The translations under genes and the position numbers were made by a program. A DNA stretch of 64,000 nucleotides from Dehalococcoidia bacterium. Lineage in GTDB: Bacteria; Chloroflexota; Dehalococcoidia; Plut-88900. The stretch spans positions 1,760,001-1,824,000 of the forward strand of contig CBDBLV010000005.1 in the NCBI GenBank assembly GCA_965207225.1. The letters are read 5' to 3'. Below the pieces are notes generated by a model. The model worked only from the letters and a program-made list of their open reading frames with translations, had not been told where the DNA came from and searched no databases. Positions within the stretch are counted from its first letter, which is position 1. Each line of letters starts with the position of its first letter. Below are positions 58,276 to 64,000 of this stretch, piece after piece.

Positions 58276-59307
58276 CTACACCCCCGACGGCAGCCTGTAG
58301 ACCTTCGCAGCCGTGTCGTGGAAGAGGGCCTGCCTTTCTGTCGGGGAGTAGTCTTTCGACAGGCGCTTGAAGGCGTTGAAGACTACGTTGTAAGAGAAGG
58401 ACCACTTGTCGACGGGGAAGTTGCTTTCAAACATGCAACGCTCGGGGCCGAACTTTTCGATACAGTAGTGGAAGAAGGGGGCCATTTCCCGGGCAGCCTC
58501 TTCCGATCCAACCGGTATTTCCCGCGTGTGCCAGTCGAAGCCGTTGTTGATCATGCCCATGCCACCGAGCTTCATGTAGACGTTGGGACATTCAGCCACG
58601 GCTGCGATATCCCGTTTCCACGCCGACACAACCTCATCTGACCGGGCACCGTAAGGCCCGATCCGCATGAGGCCTCCGATGTGGTCGGATATTATGGTGA
58701 GGTCGGGGACGGCCCGGGCAAGGGATGCGAGCTCCGGCATCTGGCCGGAATACATCCAGGACTCCATGGTGAGGCCGCGCCTGGCTAGCACCCGGGCCCC
58801 GGCCCTGTAGGTGTCGCTCAACATCTGGTGGGGAATCTTGTAGAGGGCTGCGTTGGGGACGCTGGGGTCGTCGTCCCAAGTCACCGAGTGGCGGATACCC
58901 CGAAACCTGTTTGGGCTGGCCGCTTCCAGCCTGTCCAGCACCCGATTTACATCGTCTCCCAGGTTCAGGTTGGCGTGCCCGACAATGCCGTCGGCCATCC
59001 GGCACGGCCCATAAAGCCCGCTGGCGCTGGCTGCGGCGAGCCCCTGGGCAAACTCCACTTCGCCTACTGGCCGCAACTCCTCCGGGGCGTCGGTGCGGTA
59101 CATGGCCCGGGCCTCGACGAAGACCGTGGCGACTATGTTGTGCCCCGAGCTTACGTCTTCGAGCAGGTCGGGGAGGAGATAGCGCTGGTAGGGCATCCTC
59201 TCCATCTTGAAGTCCCAGAAATGGTGGTGGGGATCGATGATGGGGAGGTCGGGTTCCAGGGTCGGTTCCTGGGTCAGGGCGAGCCAGTCGTTGCCACCGT
59301 AAGGCAT
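58276..59307 (-). CDS. Amidohydrolase (Amidohydro_2, lactonase-like)
   Basis: IDPHHH, GIRH, DHIG, FESNFPVD. Confidence 0.9.
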   Translation of the reverse strand: MPYGGNDWLALTQEPTLEPDLPIIDPHHHFWDFKMERMPYQRYLLPDLLEDVSSGHNIVATVFVEARAMYRTDAPEELRPVGEVEFAQGLAAASASGLYGPCRMADGIVGHANLNLGDDVNRVLDRLEAASPNRFRGIRHSVTWDDDPSVPNAALYKIPHQMLSDTYRAGARVLARRGLTMESWMYSGQMPELASLARAVPDLTIISDHIGGLMRIGPYGARSDEVVSAWKRDIAAVAECPNVYMKLGGMGMINNGFDWHTREIPVGSEEAAREMAPFFHYCIEKFGPERCMFESNFPVDKWSFSYNVVFNAFKRLSKDYSPTERQALFHDTAAKVYRLPSGV

Positions 59308-59367
59308 GGGAATCCTCCGGGAAGGGGTAGTTGGAAGCCATGATACCAGACCGCCGTCGGCGTGCAG

Positions 59368-60615
59368 TCAGGTTTCTCGGGATTCCCTGACGAGGAGGAC
59401 GATCGGGGCGAGGAGGGCGGCTACGGCGGCGGTCATCAGGAAGCCGGGCCCGAGGGACATATAGGAGTCCCGGAGCTCTCCCATGACATAGGGGCCGAAA
59501 AAGCCTCCAACCTCGGCGGATGCGAAGAACAGACCCGCGGCCACCCCCATTTTGGCGGCGCCTACTCCCGGTGTTTCCATCAAGAGCAGTGAACACATGG
59601 GAAGCATGGGCTGGGCTGCAAAGGTGAGGGCCATCAGAGAGGCCACGGCGCCCGGGCCGGGGAGGAGTACCATGGCGGTGGCGGCGATGGCGCAAATCAC
59701 CAACTGCAGGCTTGTGATGCGGACTCGGGCGCCCCTTTTGACGAAGCCGGGTATTGCGATCAGGCCGATGAGGCCGATCGCGGTCGCAAGGGCAGCCCAC
59801 AGCCCCCCTTCATCCAAGGTCATACCCTTTTCTTCCAGGATGGCCGGAGCCCAGCTGGAGTTGCCAACGTGGACGACGAAGGTTCCCATGGCGAGGACGA
59901 GGATGACCTTCACGTTCCAAAGGCGGAGCATGCCCGTTATCTCGCTCCAGGCAAGGGAGCGGGTGGCGACGGGGGCGTTGGAAGGTCGGGTGTCGGGTTC
60001 CCGGGCGAAGATGATCCAGGCCAGGGCGATTACAGCAACCAGGATGCCGTAGACGAGGGAGATGCCGCGCCAGGAGCCGGTGAGGGGCTCGACGACGGTG
60101 TTGGCGGTGGCGAAGGCGAGGCTTATACCCGACGCCGGGCCGGTGGAATAGATGCCGGTTGCTATGCCGCGCTCGCGGCCCTCGAACCAGACCGACACCA
60201 GCTTGGGGGAGCCGACGGAGACAAGGGGGCCGCCGAAACCGAACAGGCCAACGGTCAGGAAGAGTTGAATGAAGTTCTGGGAGAGGCCTCGGGTGATAAG
60301 GGAAGCCAGGATGAGAAGAACACCCAAACCGAGGGACTTGCGGAGGCCTAGTCTGTCGACCAGGACTCCCACGACAGGGGCGAAGAATATGTAGACGACA
60401 TGCCAACTGCCATGAACCAGCCCCATCTGGGCAGAGTTCATGTTCAGGTCTTCCTGTATGGGGGTGACAAGGGGAGAGATGGTACCGAATGTAAGTCCGA
60501 AAGTGAAATAGAGGGACCAACAGAGGCCGACCATGAGCCATCGGGCGCGGGGCTTGGGCATCGACGTGGGATATGAGGGTTGGGTCGCTGCTGGAGTGAT
60601 GGACGAGGCAGGCAT
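59368..60615 (-). CDS. MFS transporter (CynX/NimT-like)
   Basis: ~12 TM, G.L.DR.G.R motif A, WF..RERG.A.G. Confidence 0.9.
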   Translation of the reverse strand: MPASSITPAATQPSYPTSMPKPRARWLMVGLCWSLYFTFGLTFGTISPLVTPIQEDLNMNSAQMGLVHGSWHVVYIFFAPVVGVLVDRLGLRKSLGLGVLLILASLITRGLSQNFIQLFLTVGLFGFGGPLVSVGSPKLVSVWFEGRERGIATGIYSTGPASGISLAFATANTVVEPLTGSWRGISLVYGILVAVIALAWIIFAREPDTRPSNAPVATRSLAWSEITGMLRLWNVKVILVLAMGTFVVHVGNSSWAPAILEEKGMTLDEGGLWAALATAIGLIGLIAIPGFVKRGARVRITSLQLVICAIAATAMVLLPGPGAVASLMALTFAAQPMLPMCSLLLMETPGVGAAKMGVAAGLFFASAEVGGFFGPYVMGELRDSYMSLGPGFLMTAAVAALLAPIVLLVRESRET

Positions 60616-60771
60616 GGGAACAGGATAGTAGCAGGGGTGGCATCAGTAGTCCATGACGCCCGATCTGGTGTAACGGGTGTCAGGCGGATTCTGATATCAT
60701 CATTGCCGCCCGCTCGAAAACATGACGGTCAACGCGGCCAAGACGCTGGTCGTATCTCAGGAGGTTACATA

Positions 60772-61452
60772 ATGTTGCAGTACAAGGGTCGGGAGATCCC
60801 CGAGACTTTTGCCGAAATAGTGGACCCGAAGCACACCGCCCTTATAGTCCACGAAATGCTTAACGATTTCCTGAACCCAAATGGCGAGTTTGCCAAGACA
60901 ATACCCGACAACGGGCTGGTCAAGTGCCTGCCCGAGCAGGTCGGGCCAACGCAGAACCTGCTACGGGAAGCTCGGGCGGTGGGGGTGAAGGTGATCTACG
61001 TCGGGTGGACGAACTATCCGGACAACAGCACCCGCGCAGACCCTGAGATCCGCATGGCATACGACCAGATCATGGACGGGACCTACATCATGCAGCGATG
61101 CCTGATGGAGAACACGTGGGGCCACGATGTGATTGACGAGCTCAAGCCTGAACCGGGTGACCTGGTCATCAACAAGTACAAGAGAGACGCCTTCGCGGGG
61201 ACGAGCCTGGAGGCGATTCTCCAGTGGAACAGGCTCAAGACTTTCATTATTGTCGGGATAGGGGTGCACGTCGGGATCGTGCCGACGGTGAGCAACGGGA
61301 TGAACAAGGGCTACTTCGTAGTGACTCCCGAAGACTGCATGATTTCCCACGAGCCGGAGTGGGTGGAAGCGTCGATGAAGTTCTTCAATATGTGGGGATT
61401 CACCAATCCATCGACGGACCTGATCGCGGCCTGGAAGGGTGGGGTCAGCTAG
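60772..61452 (+). CDS. Isochorismatase/cysteine hydrolase family
   Basis: P..TAL.V..M.NDF, K...DAF.GT.L, G….G..PT; AGGAGG RBS. Confidence 0.85.
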   Translation: MLQYKGREIPETFAEIVDPKHTALIVHEMLNDFLNPNGEFAKTIPDNGLVKCLPEQVGPTQNLLREARAVGVKVIYVGWTNYPDNSTRADPEIRMAYDQIMDGTYIMQRCLMENTWGHDVIDELKPEPGDLVINKYKRDAFAGTSLEAILQWNRLKTFIIVGIGVHVGIVPTVSNGMNKGYFVVTPEDCMISHEPEWVEASMKFFNMWGFTNPSTDLIAAWKGGVS

Positions 61453-61454
61453 AT

Positions 61455-61961
61455 CTAGTGCGAGGGTATCCGCACCCTCATCTGCACGGAGACGGGCGCC
61501 CTGGCGCTGTAGGCCGTCTCGGGTATCAGCCACTCGTGGCGGAGCTGCCCGGTAGAGCCGAGCTTGTTGTACCCGGTCCTCGTAGTCAGCTCGGCGCCCG
61601 CCAGGCTGTAGTCCTTGCCAGGGCCCTGGTCGGATGAATTATGCGGGAGCTGCGCCGCGGAGCCGGCATCGACGACACGGACCAGGACGGCTCCCTCGGA
61701 GTCGGCATCCTCATACCACTCGACACGGCCAGGGGGGTCAAGGAGCTTCTCGTAACCGACGGGCACCAGCTCCTTCACCAAGGCATCCGAAACGTACCGC
61801 CAGTTGACCAACTGAACGCCGCTCCGTCGGGTCACCCTGTAGGAGGACTGCCACTCACCCTGGACTCCCTCGGCGCCGGCATCTCCCACCACGCAGACCA
61901 GGAAGCCCAGGAGGGCCACCATTGCCAGTATCACCGTGTAGACGTTTATGAACCTTCCCAT
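61455..61961 (-). CDS. Hypothetical exported/membrane-anchored protein (possibly truncated, foreign)
   Basis: N-terminal signal/TM (AGA-E cleavage-like site); TAATG overlap with the upstream ORF. Confidence 0.55.
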   Translation of the reverse strand: MGRFINVYTVILAMVALLGFLVCVVGDAGAEGVQGEWQSSYRVTRRSGVQLVNWRYVSDALVKELVPVGYEKLLDPPGRVEWYEDADSEGAVLVRVVDAGSAAQLPHNSSDQGPGKDYSLAGAELTTRTGYNKLGSTGQLRHEWLIPETAYSARAPVSVQMRVRIPSH

Positions 61962-63595
61962 TACCAGATCCTCCCTATCCATCGGGTTACCTCGGCCGAG
62001 AAGCCGACCGAGAGCATTATGTACGGGACGTCCCACTCGACCAGGCCGAGGGTCATGGCAACGCCGACAGGTCCCGCCAGGGCCACCATGATGAAGCCTC
62101 CCATCTCAACGGCCGCTCCTGCACGCTCCACGAACCCGGGCTTGGCGGGCCGGTGGGGCTTTATGGGGCGGATCGGCGCGGGGCCAACCGTCTTCTCCGC
62201 ACGCCACCGTCGCAAAGCTCCCTGGTACACCGCCTCGGCAGACTTATAGCGCTCGATATCGGCGGCGTACTCACGCTCGGCCGCACGTCCACGCTCCTCG
62301 TGGGCCTCCCTGGCCGAAATTCGCTCACGCTCCTGTTCGGCGGGCACCACCAGGCGCTTGGCCATTATCACCACGAAGAAGGTCGAGATGGCCATGAGGG
62401 CCACGGCCATGGTCACACGGCCCCAGCCCAGCCAGTCGCCCACGCCAGCGGCGTCCTCGTCGATCGTCACCTCCTGCTTCTTCACCTCCACCTGCTGGAC
62501 GTTGACGACCTCGATGCCGGGCCACCAGAGACCCACCTTGTTCACCCCAGGGGAGTACGCCGCCATGGTCTCAAGAACGGTGGCGCCGTAATCGCTCACG
62601 CTGCCCGAGGCGACCGCGAGGCGACGTGACAGTCGGGCCACGGTGACTCCCATCAATGAACCGGCGGCCTTGGCAAGAATCACGACAGGGATAACGGTTG
62701 CGAGGGTCGAGACGGGCAGATTTGTGAAGGACAGGTCGACCTGGGTCCCGGCGGAAGCGAAGAAGAGAGGGACAAATACGCCCTGGGACAGCCCGCGGAT
62801 GGATGGAAGGATGTCGTTGCGGAGGCGCCGGGGAAGGCCGGAGTTGACCATTCCGAAAACGAGGGCGGCGAGGGCCTCGTCCATTCCGATCTCGTGGGCG
62901 CCCCAGACCACGATGAACATGCTGCCCACCATCAACGCAGACGCGAGCTGAGGCGCTCCGATGATCCGCCTAAGGAAGACGAGTACCCGGGGCACGACCT
63001 TTGCAGACAGCACCCATGAAGCGGCTACGAACAGGATGATCTCTCCGAGCAGGATGGCTATCTTCCAGCCGCCCAGTTCACCCGGATGCGAGGACTCTTC
63101 CAGAGCGAAACCGGCTACCAGAAGGCCGACGATCTCGACCATCACAACCGTCGTGAAAATCTCAAGGCCGACCGGCTCCTTCAACCGGCCCAGGTCTCCG
63201 AGCACGCGGGCGGCTATGCCCAGGCTTGAGAGACCCATCAGGGAGGCCAGGGTGACGGCGTTGGCAGCGGAGAGGCCTATCACGTAGAGGAATATGGCCA
63301 GATTAGCCGCGAAGGGTATGGCGAAGCTGACGAGGGCGGCGACGAAGAATCGGCCGCGCAGGGTCTCTACGAAGCCGGAAATGTCTATTTCGTCAATGCC
63401 GATTAGGAAGAAGAGGAACAGGACCCCAACCTCGAAAAAGAGCTTTGCCTCTTCACCTGGTTCAAACCAGATGCCCAAGACGATGCCCACAACGAGATAG
63501 GCAAGGAGGGAGCTTTGCTTGAATCGGCTGGCTGCGCCTTCGAGTAGCTTGGCACAGAGGAGGAAGAGACCGATTATCAGGAAATCGGTGGTCAT
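61961..63595 (-). CDS. Cation:proton antiporter (CPA2/KefB-like) truncated at ~62603 and fused in-frame to an unrelated membrane protein
   Basis: First ~330 aa CPA2-like (SSLG…VL.DLG.L, FVPLFFAS.G, AK..G); remainder unrelated. Confidence 0.75.
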   Translation of the reverse strand: MTTDFLIIGLFLLCAKLLEGAASRFKQSSLLAYLVVGIVLGIWFEPGEEAKLFFEVGVLFLFFLIGIDEIDISGFVETLRGRFFVAALVSFAIPFAANLAIFLYVIGLSAANAVTLASLMGLSSLGIAARVLGDLGRLKEPVGLEIFTTVVMVEIVGLLVAGFALEESSHPGELGGWKIAILLGEIILFVAASWVLSAKVVPRVLVFLRRIIGAPQLASALMVGSMFIVVWGAHEIGMDEALAALVFGMVNSGLPRRLRNDILPSIRGLSQGVFVPLFFASAGTQVDLSFTNLPVSTLATVIPVVILAKAAGSLMGVTVARLSRRLAVASGSVSDYGATVLETMAAYSPGVNKVGLWWPGIEVVNVQQVEVKKQEVTIDEDAAGVGDWLGWGRVTMAVALMAISTFFVVIMAKRLVVPAEQERERISAREAHEERGRAAEREYAADIERYKSAEAVYQGALRRWRAEKTVGPAPIRPIKPHRPAKPGFVERAGAAVEMGGFIMVALAGPVGVAMTLGLVEWDVPYIMLSVGFSAEVTRWIGRIW

Positions 63596-64000
63596 GCAGC
63601 GAGGCTGGGCAAGGCGGAAGCGAGGGCTTTGATGTGCTCAGGGGTGGTGCCGCAGCAGCCACCTATGGCCCGCGCCCCGAGCCTGGCCCACTCTTTGGCG
63701 TGGGCCAGGTACTGGTCGGGGGACATTGACTCCTCGAAGTCCCAGCCGCTGCCTTCGTAGACGGCGCCCTGCGCGTAGGCTCCCAGTGGCATCTCCTCAT
63801 TCCCATTCAGCGCCTTGAAGGCCGCCGTAATTTCAGGAACTTGAGAGCAGTTAGCGAACATCACCGAGGCACCTGCCTCTTTGACGGCAGATTGCGCATC
63901 AAGGATGCTCTCACCTGACTTGACTTGTCCCTGCTCATTCACGACGAATCCGGCCCAGGCGGGCATCCCAAGCTCTGCGGCGGCGGTGACACCTGCAACT
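63592..64000 (-). CDS. Homocysteine S-methyltransferase family, 5' partial
   Basis: ANCS and IGGCCGTTPEHI Zn-binding motifs. Confidence 0.88.
   Translation of the reverse strand, partial: VAGVTAAAELGMPAWAGFVVNEQGQVKSGESILDAQSAVKEAGASVMFANCSQVPEITAAFKALNGNEEMPLGAYAQGAVYEGSGWDFEESMSPDQYLAHAKEWARLGARAIGGCCGTTPEHIKALASALPSLAA

Noticed and set aside
1-64000. Reverse transcriptase, integrase, RAYT, tRNA or rRNA genes that could explain the repeats
   Set aside because: No such motifs found in the window; any mobiliser must be encoded elsewhere

Overview
GC-rich bacterial DNA that is almost entirely catabolic and accessory. It holds five luciferase-like (LLM) flavin monooxygenases, CaiB/BaiF CoA-transferases, an acyl-CoA dehydrogenase pair, at least six amidohydrolase-superfamily enzymes, two M24 peptidase-fold enzymes, FAD amine oxidoreductases, an OYE, a Mo-hydroxylase large subunit and racemase-fold enzymes. 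This paralog profile suggests SAR202/Dehalococcoidia Chloroflexota (inference; no marker genes are in the window). I saw no rRNA, tRNA or CRISPR. Mobile and repeat content: an intact IS1182 with a 5-bp TSD splitting a 127-aa gene; three toxin-antitoxin loci in which the toxin is dead or absent (hicB sits between perfect 74-bp direct repeats); several REP-like palindrome families; and a foreign ~1.1-kb segment fused in-frame to a truncated cation/H+ antiporter. The best candidate for an undescribed element is a hairpin-promoter-ORF cassette (44218-46040, with a decayed inverted second copy at ~55960-56900) carrying a ~120-bp double-hairpin whose first stem shows four compensatory base-pair changes. 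Several enzymes have substituted catalytic residues (DddP-like, asparaginase-like, AMDase-like, Cys-less isochorismatase). All family assignments come from motif recognition, not database searches.
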